Assembly: GCA_016714745.1 (NCBI GenBank)
Contig: JADKCG010000001.1
Location: 129,236 to 193,235 of the forward strand
Direction: 5' to 3'
Length of the DNA stretch: 64,000 nucleotides
Origin: Elusimicrobiota bacterium
GTDB lineage: Bacteria > Elusimicrobiota > Elusimicrobia > FEN-1173
The position numbers and the translations under genes are program-made. The first letter of the stretch is position 1, and each line of letters starts with the position of its first letter. The notes under the pieces were generated by a model, which did no database searches, was not told where the DNA came from, and saw nothing but the letters and a program-made list of their open reading frames with translations. Shown piece after piece: positions 13,059-23,866 of this stretch.

Positions 13059-14999
13059 TAGAGGACCTCCTCAATGGCCTGCCGCACTTCCGAGACGAAA
13101 AATGGAATTCCTCTGACGCGGTTCAACCCGACAAAACGCGTGGCCAAGTCGGGAAATTGAGAACGGAGGAGCATGAGAAGCTGGCCCAAGTTAAGTTCGG
13201 GGACTAAAACCGTGTGGAAGTTCTTCAGGACGTCGTGGGTGTTTTTGGGGAATGGGTTCAAGTAATGGAGATGGGCTTGGGCCACGGGCCCTTTTCCGTT
13301 AGAGTTCACTTCGTCGACGGCGGCGTGGATCGTGCCGTAGGTGGATCCCCACCCGAGCACAAGAACCTTTCCACGGGCAGGGCCCCGGACGCTCAGAGCC
13401 GGAATATCATCGGCAATGCGGGCCACTTTTTCCGCCCGCAATTGAACCATTTTTTCGTGATTGTCCGGATCATAACTCACTGACCCGGAAATGTTTTGTT
13501 TTTCCAGCCCACCGATCCGATGCTCAAGCCCAGGCGTCCCCGGAATGGCCCAAGGTCGCGCCAACGTTTTTGAATCTCGCGCATAGGGGGCGAAGGTCCC
13601 ATTCGGGACCTTTCCTCTCTCTCCCGCTTGAGAAGGATGATTGACTGGGATTTTGGGGAGATCATTGATTTCCGGCAGTTTCCAGGGTTCGGCGCTGTTC
13701 GCCAGGTAGCCGTCCGATAAAAAAACAACAGGCGTCATAAACTTCATTGCGATGCGACAGGCTTCGACCGCCAAATCAAACGAGTTTGCCGGGCTTTGGG
13801 GCGCCACGACACAGACGGGGGACTCTCCGTTCCGCCCAAAAAGGACCTGCAAAAGATCTGTCTGCTCCGTTTTAGTGGGCATCCCGGTCGAAGGACCGGT
13901 GCGTTGGACGTCGACCACCACCAGAGGCAGTTCCGTAATGACCGCCAGGTTCAGGGCCTCGGATTTTAAACAGAAGCCGGGGCCCGAGGTTCCCGTGACG
14001 CCCAAGGCGCCGCCGAAACTGGCCCCGATGGCGGACCCGATGGCCGCGATCTCGTCTTCCGCTTGAAACGTTTTGACCCCAAAATCCTTGTGTTTTGAAA
14101 GTCCTTCCAAAATCCCCGACGCCGGGGTGATGGGGTAAGACCCGTAGAAAAGCGTTTTGCCGGACAGTTCCGCCGCGGCGATGAGTCCCAGGGCAGTGGC
14201 TTCGTTGCCGGTGATTTTCCGATAGGTGCCGGGGTCCAATTTGGATTGCCGAACTTCAAATCGGGTGGGCATTAATTCAGTGATGTCCGCGTGGTTATAG
14301 CCCGCTTTGAGAGCGGCGATATTGGCGTTCACGAACTCCGGTTTCTTGGCAAACTTTTGGGAAATCCAATCGATGGTGTGGTCCAGTTTCCGGTCGTAAA
14401 GCCAGAACATGAGCCCTAACGCGAAAAAATTTTTACAGCGATCTTTTTCTGAGGCCCGAATGGGATGGTCTTTCAGCGCGTTCAAGGTGAGCTCGGCCAA
14501 GGGCACTTTCAGCACCTGCCACTCCCGCAAGCTCCCATCCTCCGTCGGGTTGGTGGTGTAGGCCGCTTTCTCCAGTCCCTCTTTATCAAAGGCGTTTTCG
14601 TTGAGGATAATCAGGCCGCCTTTTTTGACGTGGTGGAGGTTGACTTTGAGGGCGGCGGGGTTCATGGAGATGAGAACGTCGGCTCGGTCGCCGGGAGTAA
14701 ACACGAGAGTTTCGGAAAATTGGAGTTGGAAACTGGACACCCCGGGCAACGTGCCCGCGGGGGCTCGGATTTCGGCGGGAAAATCGGGGATCGTGGCGAA
14801 ATCATTCCCCATAACGGCGGTGGTGTCGGTGAACTGGTCCCCGGTCAACTGCATGCCGTCGCCGGAATCTCCCGCAAACCGGACAGTGACCGCTGTTAAA
14901 ATTTGTTTGCCCTTGGTCGAGCCTATGGCCCCAGTTTCCCCTTTTTACGGCCGGTGTCTCCCTGCCGGGGGCCAGGGGACGGCTGTCGGTCGACGTCAT
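13058..14999 (-). CDS. korA: 2-oxoglutarate:ferredoxin oxidoreductase alpha subunit (Mycobacterium KorA type), frameshift near 14935
   Basis: The 598-aa ORF begins inside the conserved VRFAGDSGDGMQLTG motif, found upstream in the same frame with no start codon. The ATG at 14999 (GGAAGG RBS) is in frame +1, and an A5 run at about 14935 joins the two frames. Confidence 0.75.
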
Positions 15000-15469
15000 C
15001 CGCCTTCCCGCTGGGAGGCAATTTGATGGGGATTGGGGGGGATGTTATACACTTCCCCCGGATAAAATTCCGCCAAAAAGCGTACGAGGGTGCGCACGCT
15101 GAGCACGTTCACCAACTGTTGTTTTTCGTTCACCAATGGAATGTGATAAAAGTCGTGTTCCGCCATGAGGTCCACCGCGCGGCCCACGGTGTCGTCCTGC
15201 CGGAGAACCAAAGGGTCGTCCGACATGAAATCCGAGATCGGACGGGTCCACACCACGTCTTTGTTAATAATTTTCTGAGCCACATCCGATTCGGTGAACA
15301 TCCCCACCACGCGCTTCTTTTCAGAAACGACGATGTAAGCCGATTTGTTCTCCCGCATCATCTCCACAGCCCGCTCAATGGACGTGGTGGGAGGCGCTTG
15401 GATCAACCGGGGGTTAATGATCTCCCCAATTTTCTTATCTTTCAGCCGCCGTTCAGAAGGTGAGCTCAT
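14996..15469 (-). CDS. CBS-pair domain protein, translationally coupled to korA (ATGA overlap)
   Basis: 157-aa ORF with two CBS motifs. GAGGG lies 5 nt before the ATG, and its stop overlaps the korA ATG. Confidence 0.65.
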   Translation of the reverse strand: MSSPSERRLKDKKIGEIINPRLIQAPPTTSIERAVEMMRENKSAYIVVSEKKRVVGMFTESDVAQKIINKDVVWTRPISDFMSDDPLVLRQDDTVGRAVDLMAEHDFYHIPLVNEKQQLVNVLSVRTLVRFLAEFYPGEVYNIPPNPHQIASQREGG

Positions 15470-15538
15470 AAGACCCTCATTTTATAACTTTTGGGGGCGG
15501 TAGCGTTTAACGGGGAACACACAAACCTTGATTTCCAG

Positions 15539-15549
15539 TGATGACATCA
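15539..15549. promoter_or_regulatory. perfect palindrome TGATGACATCA about 70 nt upstream of the CBS-korAB operon start
   Basis: Read directly from the sequence. A TATAAAAT -10-like element lies just downstream on the minus strand. Confidence 0.2.
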
Positions 15550-15563
15550 TTAGATTTCAAGGT

Positions 15564-17100
15564 CTATTTTTTCGACCCCTGGGTGCGCGTCGAAAGGAAA
15601 GAAGGTCTCCGTTCGTGGGGGTTGCGCCAGGAGGTCGTTATCGATTCCAAGAAAGTTCTTGGGGGTTGATGGGCTAGAAAAAGACGCCACACATCTTCTC
15701 GGAGGAGGGCGTAGTCGGGGGTCAACATCTGAACCGGGGGGAGATTTTTTGACGCGATCGGTCCCAGAATATTTTCGTACGAATCGTGGGAAACGCCCCA
15801 GGAGATCCGCCACGTTTGATCGGGAGGATACATCCGATCATCCGGCAAGAACGCGAGCGTGTCTTTTCCCGTGGCCCAGGTGTAGTAATAGTTTAGTCCC
15901 AGGTGGCAAATGACCAGTGAGAAGTCGTTCTTCGGCATCCGATCAATGACGTGTTGGTAAGTTCTGGTGTTGGTTTCGTCGAAGCGTGGGTCATAGACCT
16001 TTTTGGTGAAAAACCCCAAAAGGGTCGAAAACCCCAATCCCCATAGGAGATATCTCCATCGGGAAGGAATTCCCCAGGACCAGAGGACGGCTCCCGGCAA
16101 AAGACCGTGAGGATGAGTCGATAACTCAAATCAAGAACGTTGTTGTTGAGGAAGGGGCTGAAGAGGGCCGGAATCAAAAGCAACCAAGCGAGGGTTCGAT
16201 AGCGAGAATGGGGGAGGGTTTTGAGAAGCCATAGCCCGGGAATGAGGGCGAGGAGAGACAAAACGATTTCGGTCTGCAGGGCCGGAGGCAGAAAGACGCG
16301 CTTGCCGAGTAAGGTCAAGGGCCATCCCTGGGGCCACGTCAGCGCGGGGAAAACACGCATAAGGTCCGTTGGAAGAAATACTTTGCCTATGGCCAGGAAA
16401 GAAACGAACAGGAGGAGGCCGAAAAGGGATGTTCGCCAATGAAAAGAAATACGTTCAGCCGAATGGTCAATCACTGTTCCAACCGCGACCCACGCGCCGA
16501 TCAAGAAAAGGAGTTTGTGAGCAAAGGCAAGCGCGACAAAAAGAATTCCGCTGAGAGCCCGAGCTTTTTTGTTGGGGTTGTCCTTTAAAAAGCTCGACTC
16601 CAGGGCGGCGAGGGCCGCGAACAGGAACGCGGTGGCTCCCGCGGTTTTTGGGAAATGGGCGGAGAGGGAGGAGAGGCAAGGCGATACGGCCAGAAGGGAA
16701 CCCAAGAGAATCCCCGTCTTGATTCGACCGGTAGAATTTATCCCGTACAAAAGGCCCATCGGGGCCGCTAACCCCGCCAGGAGCGACACGCCGATTTTGA
16801 CAGCCAGGACGGGGTCTCCCAGGATGCGCTGGATCGCCGCGAAGAGGAGGACAACGATTGAATTTTCAAAACTTCGGAAACGTCCGTGTTCCGCCAGGAA
16901 TTGGGCTTGCTCGGCAAAATAGTATCCGTCCACGCCTGTGGCCACGTTGGTTTGGGTGAGCAGGCTCCAACGTAATCCAAAGGAGATTAAAAAAAGGAGA
17001 ATCCCCCAGAACCACACCTGGCGTGGGGTGTGAAGCGCGGGAGTCGCCTGAAAATTATGTTTGACGGAGCATTTCCGTCCGGGAGGGCCCGAAAATTCTG
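15564..17100 (-). CDS. polytopic membrane protein, putative ArnT/PMT-like glycosyltransferase fold (frameshift near 16100)
   Basis: Many predicted TM helices across ORFs 15893..17173 and 15564..16100, with a C-terminal soluble domain. The start is uncertain. Confidence 0.35.
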
Positions 17101-17147
17101 TTCCAGACGCTCCGGACAGTCGCCCTGCGCCAACCGGGGAATCCCGG

Positions 17148-18128
17148 TTAGAGTGTGATGGGGTAGAGAACACGGGATCGGTTTTTCCAGAGAAGTGTCT
17201 CCGATAAAACAGCGCCGTCCTTCTTCACACGATGGATGCTGTTGCTTCGGTAGACGATTCCGGCGGGATCTTTTGTGAAGCGATGGTCTCGCTCTTCAAT
17301 GGAAAAAATGCCCGCCCAAATGTCTTCGGAAGAAAGACCAACCGCCAGTTCATTTTCCATAACCCGAACGGAGAGCCGCGCTGTTTGGCCCGATCGATTT
17401 TGGAGCCGCAGGTCATGGTGATTGTGGAAAACAGAGGCTCCCGTTCCGAAGGGGACGCGGCGGTTTTCGTCCGGGAACAAATCGAAGTCATGATGGTGGC
17501 GCTCGATCACGTCAAACCCGGCGTGAAGCATGACCCATAAAAGAGAAGAGGCCAATTGGCACAGTCCGCCGCCAATCCCTTGTCCCAACCCTTGGCCGCT
17601 CACTTCATAGCCCGGACAAAACCCGCGTTTTGCCGATGGACGACCCAGCAAACGATAAAAAGAAAAGAGTTGTCCAGGGCGAATCAATACCCCATCGAAC
17701 AGGGGGGCCGCCAGCGCAATGTTGGTTCGTTTGCCCTCTTGCAGTCGTCGGTTGGCCCCCTTCCATGATTTTACAATGGCGCTTTTGTTTTCAAAAACCC
17801 AATGGGTGAAACGAGTGGCGTCTCCCGGATCACGATCCAAAGCAAACGGAGGTCGACAAAAGGCATCCGAGGCCCAACGCCCCGCGCGTCGAACCGAAAT
17901 CCGGAAACCGAGGGGGATCCATGGGGAAACGATTTTTACCAGTCCGATTCGAATGTCTCTCTTTGAAATCCCAGGGAACTGGAATACCATGTTTCGTAAT
18001 AAAAAGACACAAAAGCAGGATCCTCCCCCTCCTCGAGGGGGCGGGGCGGGGGTTTTCCAAAATATTTCTTGTGGGCTTCTAAAATCGGATCCTCGGCGAG
18101 TCCTTGTTTTGTCAGTATGTCTTTGCAT
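17148..18128 (-). CDS. VanW-like family protein
   Basis: GQLFSFYRLLG and GYEVSGQGLGQGIGGGLCQLASSLLWVMLHAGFDVIERHHH are typical of the VanW domain. Confidence 0.6.
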   Translation of the reverse strand: MQRHTDKTRTRRGSDFRSPQEIFWKTPAPPPRGGGGSCFCVFLLRNMVFQFPGISKRDIRIGLVKIVSPWIPLGFRISVRRAGRWASDAFCRPPFALDRDPGDATRFTHWVFENKSAIVKSWKGANRRLQEGKRTNIALAAPLFDGVLIRPGQLFSFYRLLGRPSAKRGFCPGYEVSGQGLGQGIGGGLCQLASSLLWVMLHAGFDVIERHHHDFDLFPDENRRVPFGTGASVFHNHHDLRLQNRSGQTARLSVRVMENELAVGLSSEDIWAGIFSIEERDHRFTKDPAGIVYRSNSIHRVKKDGAVLSETLLWKNRSRVLYPITL

Positions 18129-19381
18129 TCGGAATACATGAGATGGCTGGGGCGAGTGATGGTCATTTTTATTTTTTCAGCGGTTCGGCTTTTTAGGACG
18201 AGGACGTTGCCGTAATTGTCAAAGTCGGCGCGGTCCAAATATCCTTCCAGGTCGAGAACCGTCTTTTTTGAGGAGGAGCTCACCACGCGTGCGACTCCCT
18301 TAAAAAGGGAATCCCCGTTTGGGACAGAGAAAGAAAAACGCGCGGTTTTAAAGTCATATTGAAAAAAAGATCCCCAAAGGGGGTCGCTGTATTGATCTTT
18401 GAGGGTCCGACGATTGTTTTCAACGGTTTGTCTCGTCCCCTCCGTTTTGGGGCGGAGGACGGTGTCTCGGATTTAAAACCCATTTCAGTTAAACACAAAT
18501 CTTGTATCTTTGTCCCTGGGTAATGGGAGAGAATCTTTAATTCGAACGTTGAATCTTGAACAGCCTTTTTTAAAGGGATGATCTGCAGACCCGATTCATT
18601 TTTGAGTGTATAGGTTTCTCCCGCGAATGAGACCTCTCTTAATTTCCCGTTCTTATCAAACGTTTCATCGTCGCGCTGGTGTCCATTTGAAAACCAGAGA
18701 CCCGTGAGTTGAGGGGGGGTATCGAATGTGAATGTGATGGTGGTCCCCTCGCCATACCCGGGCGCGCCTTCTGCCCAAACGGTGTCTAATTCGCCGTCAA
18801 ACAGATTGTCGACGCTGTAGACCATGGGGGGTGAGTGTGGAGGAGGCCAAAACCTTGACGGCCTTTTCGCGGGGAGCAATGAGCTGGATTCTCTCTCCCT
18901 GGTGATAAAAGTCAATTTCCGAAGGCACCGCGTCCTGTGTCCTCTCCTCCGAATTCACAAAGCATTGGATCGAGAAAAAGGAACCACGGAGGGGGGGATT
19001 CACAGGAATGGATTGAACGCCACGATCATCTGCCCGAACATCAAAACCGGGGACTCCGTTGTATCGATCCAATGTCCAGTCGGGGCTTCGATGCCCGAGA
19101 AGATAACAGATTTGAGCGCCGGGAGCTGTGCGGATATCGATTCGGTCGATGGTGACCTCCTCTCCGAATGAGATTTGAGCCTCCTCAAAAAGCTGGACAA
19201 TTTCCTCGGATTCGGATGAGGGGATCGTGGCGTACGTCTGTCGGGGGGCCGTGCCTGTATCGCCATCAAAATAAGCCCCACCGCCTCGAAGATTGATGAG
19301 TGAGACATTCTTTGCGTTGAGGAGCACCGGAAAAAGAAAGAGGGCCAGGATTATTGAAACGAAAGGGCGAATCAACGTCAT
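17936..19381 (-). CDS. secreted protein with an F5/8-type C (discoidin-like) domain; frameshifted over three ORFs
   Basis: Signal peptide MTLIRPFVSIILALFLFPVLLNA. NLFDGELDTVWAEGAPGYGEGTTITF resembles a discoidin/NPCBM-type carbohydrate-binding domain. Confidence 0.4.
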
Positions 19382-19391
19382 GAAGCCTCCA

Positions 19392-20078
19392 TTATTGAGT
19401 TAGGCTATGCCAAGTTTCGACAATGGAATACCGGGCTTTCACTTCCTCTTTTGGAAGTGCGTCGAAGTGCCACCATTCCAAGGGAAGTTGTCTGAACCCC
19501 GCTGTTTCCATGACATCGCGCAAGAGGTGTCGATGGAAAATCTGTGCGGAGGTTAATTTTCCCTGATGCAAGAACATGTCCTCCTTTTTGGGTTGTGCCA
19601 ACGGTTCGAACGAATCGAAAGGTGTCCCCATGTCGATCTCTGTGCCCTTTTCGTCTCGAAGCGACACATCCACCGCGAATCCATAGTTGTGAACTGATCC
19701 CTTTTTTGGGTCGGCCACATAAATTTGGCTCTCTGTTCCTTTCACTTTATTCCAGAGTTGTTGCTGAACGTCCCTGGGACGCAGAGCGTCGAAAACGAGC
19801 AAAGTCCAACCCGGTTTCCTTTTTTGCAAGAGAACAGTCGCCTTGCGCAATTTTGCGGAGGCGATTCTGTGCAGGTATGCGGTGTGGAAAGTTCCGTAAA
19901 GATTTTCACCCATAAAATTATTGGCAGTGGAGTAGCGAAGGTCCACTTGAACCCAGGGAATTTGAGCAACATCTTCGAAGTCTTTTTGTTTTTCTTTTGC
20001 AAAGGAGGGTTTGACTAAAAGAGCAACGGTTCCCAGGAAAAGCATCAATGGGCGGAATCGAGGCCAAAATTTATTCAT
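19392..20078 (-). CDS. exported D-alanyl-D-alanine dipeptidase (peptidase M15D, VanX/DdpX-like)
   Basis: Signal peptide, then the conserved region ending LPLEWWHFD. Confidence 0.7.
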   Translation of the reverse strand: MNKFWPRFRPLMLFLGTVALLVKPSFAKEKQKDFEDVAQIPWVQVDLRYSTANNFMGENLYGTFHTAYLHRIASAKLRKATVLLQKRKPGWTLLVFDALRPRDVQQQLWNKVKGTESQIYVADPKKGSVHNYGFAVDVSLRDEKGTEIDMGTPFDSFEPLAQPKKEDMFLHQGKLTSAQIFHRHLLRDVMETAGFRQLPLEWWHFDALPKEEVKARYSIVETWHSLTQ

Positions 20079-21775
20079 GCTTGAGAAAGAACTTCCAGAA
20101 ATTGTTCTCCATACTGCGCCAGCTTGGCAGGGCCGACGCCTGAAATGCCGCGCATTTCCTCGAGGGTTTTGGGTTGAACCGCCGCCATACGGGCCAAGGT
20201 GGAATCGTGGAAGACCACAAAGGCGGGGAGATTTTTTTTGTTGGCCAACTCTCGGCGGAGAGTTTTAAGGCGCTCGAATAGGGGGCCGATGTGGGGCGCG
20301 GGGCTTTCAATTGATGTGCTGGCCCGTTTCGAACCCTTTTGACGGGGGGAATCAAAGGCGTCGGTCTTATCAACCAGCGACGGCCGCGGAAGTTGGGCTC
20401 GGGCCTTGTCCCAGGTGACTCCCAAACAGATATCACAGGAGGTCCCACAATTCTCCATGGTTTCCTCAAAATGGGCCGAAAGGCCCCGGTGGCGGCAATG
20501 GGGGCGGTCCGCCCAGCGGAACATCTCCCGGGACCGTTGGTTCATTTCTGCCGCGAGGGCGGCATCGTTCGATTCGGTGGGGAATCCGTCGTAGGCCATG
20601 ACATCCGCCCAAGAGTAAAACAGCAAGCAGTCGGAGGGGTTCCCGTCCCGCCCGGCGCGGCCGATTTCTTGGACATAGCTCTCGATGGATCTCGGCATCT
20701 CGCGGTGGATGACGAACCTGACGTTGGGTTTGTCGATCCCCATGCCGAAGGCGATGGTGGCCACGGCCACGGGTGTTCTCCCCGCCAAAAAATTATCTTG
20801 CACCCGGGCCCGTGCCTGGTCGGACATCCCCGCGTGGTAGGCCTCCGCTTTAATGCCTTTCCCGCGGAGAAATTCCGCCAGGGATTCCACGTTCTTGCGT
20901 GTCATGCAATAGATGATTCCGCTCTCGCCCGCCCGTCGGCGCAGATAATCCACCAGTTCTTTCCGAAGATCTCGGCCTTCGCCTTTCTTTTGGGCAATGA
21001 TCCGCAAATTCTGACGGAAAAAGGTTCCCTTGAACCCTTCGGGCTTGACCATGCCCAACTGGCGGATAATGTCCGCCGCCACTTTTCGCGTGGCCGTCGC
21101 CGTGAGCGCCAAAATGGGGACATCTCCCAACTGGGCCTTCAACCCTGACAGCTTTCGGTAAGCCGGGCGGAAATCGTGGCCCCAGGAACTGATGCAGTGG
21201 GCTTCGTCCACCACCACGAGCTTGATCGGGCACCCTTGAAGAAATTCCCGCAGGGACCCTTCCAAGGCTTCCGGTGCCAGGTAGACCAAGTCCCACTCCC
21301 CGCGATGAAGGCCGCCCAAGCGTTTCCGACGTTCCTCGAAGGAGACGGAGGAATTAATCACCGTTGCACGGAACCCCTTCAGGAGGAGCGCGTCCACCTG
21401 ATCTTTCATAAGCGAAATGAGGGGGGAAATGACGAGGGTGGGACCGTTTAAAAGTTTTGCGGGCAATTGGAAGGTGAGTGATTTCCCCGCCCCCGTCGGC
21501 ATCACCGCAATGCAGTCCCGCCCCGCCAACACGGCGTTGATCACTTTTTCCTGCCCCGGTCGAAACGTTTCATACCCAAACGTCTGGCGAAGGACGTCAA
21601 AGGGCGAAAGCTGATTTTCTCTAGGGATCAGTGTCGAAACGGGTGCGGACGGAGGTTTCACGACAACCCCATTGGCTCTGCTCTGGGGGGCGAGGGGCGC
21701 CGTCGTTAACCCGAGACGCCGTTTTAAATCGTCGTTTTCCTGTTTCAGCCGAAGAAGCTCTTGTTCAATGTCCAT
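20075..21775 (-). CDS. recQ: ATP-dependent DNA helicase RecQ
   Basis: [56 protein letters not shown], a zinc-binding C4 segment and a C-terminal HRDC-like region. 566 aa. Confidence 0.85.
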   Translation of the reverse strand: MDIEQELLRLKQENDDLKRRLGLTTAPLAPQSRANGVVVKPPSAPVSTLIPRENQLSPFDVLRQTFGYETFRPGQEKVINAVLAGRDCIAVMPTGAGKSLTFQLPAKLLNGPTLVISPLISLMKDQVDALLLKGFRATVINSSVSFEERRKRLGGLHRGEWDLVYLAPEALEGSLREFLQGCPIKLVVVDEAHCISSWGHDFRPAYRKLSGLKAQLGDVPILALTATATRKVAADIIRQLGMVKPEGFKGTFFRQNLRIIAQKKGEGRDLRKELVDYLRRRAGESGIIYCMTRKNVESLAEFLRGKGIKAEAYHAGMSDQARARVQDNFLAGRTPVAVATIAFGMGIDKPNVRFVIHREMPRSIESYVQEIGRAGRDGNPSDCLLFYSWADVMAYDGFPTESNDAALAAEMNQRSREMFRWADRPHCRHRGLSAHFEETMENCGTSCDICLGVTWDKARAQLPRPSLVDKTDAFDSPRQKGSKRASTSIESPAPHIGPLFERLKTLRRELANKKNLPAFVVFHDSTLARMAAVQPKTLEEMRGISGVGPAKLAQYGEQFLEVLSQA

Positions 21776-23222
21776 TTTGTTTTTCCTCTGGAGGGCTTCT
21801 CCGCCAATTCACGGCGGCCAGTTGGCCTTGGCGGGCTTCGTCGGCGGCTTCGGCGAGGATGCGGGATGTTTCTTGGGGGGCGTGGAATCCCATGGAATTT
21901 TCGGCGGCAACGAAATCTAGGCGCCATTGGGCTTTGCGTTGGTGGTCGTAGGAGAGTTGAAGATCTTTGGGGGTGGCTCCCTCCTTCTTTGCCTGGGCGA
22001 TGGCGTCGAATTGGTCCATCAGCGCTTTCGCGGCGCGTTGGAGCAGGGCGTGGTTGCGGTCTTGAATAATGTCCACGCGGGATTGGATCTCCGCTTCGGA
22101 GAACCGGTGACAGGATTGGCAGGCGCGGTTGATGTTAAGGAGAGGGCTTCGCAACCAATGGTCCGACACTTTGGTCGCGCCGTCCCGTTGGTAGGGCATA
22201 TGGCAATCGGCGCAGGCCACGCCACTTCGGGCGTGGATGCCTTGGCTCCACAATTCGAACTCGGGGTGTTGGGCTTTGAGCACAGGGGCGCCTGTTTCCG
22301 CGTGATTGAAATCTGAAAAAGGGGTTCCGTCTTTAAACTTCGTTTCGTTCCAATGCCGTTCGAGATCCTCCGCTTTGAGCCCTTTGCTCCAGGGGAAGGT
22401 CAGCGGCATTTTGGTTCCGCAATAATATTCCACGTGGCATTGGCCACAAACGAAAGAGCGCATTTCCGTTCGCGAAGCTTCGGTGTTGGGGTCGTAGGGT
22501 GTTTTTCGGTCGCCCGCGCGCCAGCGTTCGATGGACGGCATGGGCGCCACGGGCGCGTCGGAGGCGGCCAAGGATTGGATCCCAAGAATGAAACCGGGGC
22601 GCGTGACGCGCAACCTCATGGTTTTTGGATCGTGGCAATCCACGCAGGAAACCGGGTGCGCGTGGCCGGACTCATGCAAAGCGGAATTCATTTCTTTGTA
22701 CGTCAGGGTGTAACTTTTTTCAAACCCTTTCATGGCATCACCGTCGCCCATTTTCCGATACAGGGGCATGATGGAGGCGTGGCAATGCAAACAGGACCCC
22801 GATTGGGGTTTGGTGAGCCGTTGGGTGGCTTCTTGGTCAGCCAGCATATACGCGTGGCCGCGCCGATCTCGGTAATCAATGGAAAAGGCATAGCCCGCGA
22901 ACATGCGTTTCAGCCAAGGGTTTTGGTCCATTTTTTCTTGGGGCATGGCTTCGCTTCCGCCGTGGCCGCCGTAGCGGGTTTTGGTGGTCTGGGCGGTCAA
23001 TTTGTAGGAATCATATTCCTTGGGCCAATTGATCCCCCAATGGGCGGGGTCGGTGTCGTCTTCCGTCACGTCCACGAGTCGGACATAAGGGTTGCGCGCT
23101 TCGCTTTTCCGCTCAAAAATATTCACCAAAAGAGCGGCCACGAGTGCGGCGCCGATGGCCGCGCCCAACACGATGAGAGCATGGAACCGCAACCCCATCA
23201 AACGACGAATAAGATATTTCAT
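21765..23222 (-). CDS. nrfA: pentaheme cytochrome c nitrite reductase (ammonia-forming); all five motifs are CXXCH
   Basis: CLHCH, CVDCH, CGQCH, CADCH, CQSCH. The likely start is MKYLIRR at 23222, with AGGAGGT 9 nt upstream. The ATG overlaps the nrfH TGA. Confidence 0.85.
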   Translation of the reverse strand: MKYLIRRLMGLRFHALIVLGAAIGAALVAALLVNIFERKSEARNPYVRLVDVTEDDTDPAHWGINWPKEYDSYKLTAQTTKTRYGGHGGSEAMPQEKMDQNPWLKRMFAGYAFSIDYRDRRGHAYMLADQEATQRLTKPQSGSCLHCHASIMPLYRKMGDGDAMKGFEKSYTLTYKEMNSALHESGHAHPVSCVDCHDPKTMRLRVTRPGFILGIQSLAASDAPVAPMPSIERWRAGDRKTPYDPNTEASRTEMRSFVCGQCHVEYYCGTKMPLTFPWSKGLKAEDLERHWNETKFKDGTPFSDFNHAETGAPVLKAQHPEFELWSQGIHARSGVACADCHMPYQRDGATKVSDHWLRSPLLNINRACQSCHRFSEAEIQSRVDIIQDRNHALLQRAAKALMDQFDAIAQAKKEGATPKDLQLSYDHQRKAQWRLDFVAAENSMGFHAPQETSRILAEAADEARQGQLAAVNWRRSPPEEKQNGH

Positions 23223-23719
23223 TTTTCGTTTACCTCCTGAATTTGATTCGGTTCGTATCGCCCCATCCCCATCCGTTCGCCATGACCAACCGAGGAATGG
23301 CAATGAACACATCGAAATGTTTCGTCTTTGTTTTTTAGAGGTTTAAGGTCATGCACCATCGCCGCGTGGCATCTCACGCAGTTCTCCTGAAGGACCGCGG
23401 CTCCGCGAGGGGAAATGACGATGGGTTCATGAAAGTCCTGAAACGTAAACCCCTTGGAGTGGCGGTAGCCGTTATCGGATTTGGCAATGTATTTGGCCGG
23501 AAACGTTTGGGGCAAGTGGCAGTCCACGCACGACGCCGCCGTGTGATGACTGGCTTTCTGCCACGCATCGAATTGTGGCCCCATGATATGACAATTAAGG
23601 CAAGCCCGCGCGTCCGTTCTGAAATACGAAAACCCCGCCGCGTATTGAAACGTATAAATCCCAAGCCCCGCAAAAAGTCCCAGACAAAGAGCGGCCCACA
23701 GTCTCCAATCGTTTTTCAT
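23219..23719 (-). CDS. nrfH: NapC/NirT-family tetraheme cytochrome NrfH (membrane quinol dehydrogenase)
   Basis: One TM helix and four CXXCH motifs (CLNCH, CVDCH, CVRCH, CVHCH). Confidence 0.8.
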   Translation of the reverse strand: MKNDWRLWAALCLGLFAGLGIYTFQYAAGFSYFRTDARACLNCHIMGPQFDAWQKASHHTAASCVDCHLPQTFPAKYIAKSDNGYRHSKGFTFQDFHEPIVISPRGAAVLQENCVRCHAAMVHDLKPLKNKDETFRCVHCHSSVGHGERMGMGRYEPNQIQEVNEK

Positions 23720-23764
23720 CCATTCAATCTTAGGAAATAAAACCAAGGAACTGAAATAAGAAGA

Positions 23765-23786
23765 TTTAGGGGACGTTTAGGGGACG
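23765..23786. repeat. tandem 11-bp direct repeat TTTAGGGGACG x2 next to an AT-rich TATAAT-containing stretch in the nrfH 5' region
   Basis: gatTTAGGGGACGTTTAGGGGACGttg followed by tctatattatatatattctat. Confidence 0.6.
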
Positions 23787-23866
23787 TTGTCTATATTATA
23801 TATATTCTATGGCTTTGGGATTGGAACTATTAACAGATTGGCATGAAGGGCGGGGGATGATTCTGG

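Noticed and set aside
20339-21148. 269-aa plus-strand ORF
   Set aside because: Antisense to recQ.
22353-23240. 295-aa plus-strand ORF
   Set aside because: Antisense to nrfA.
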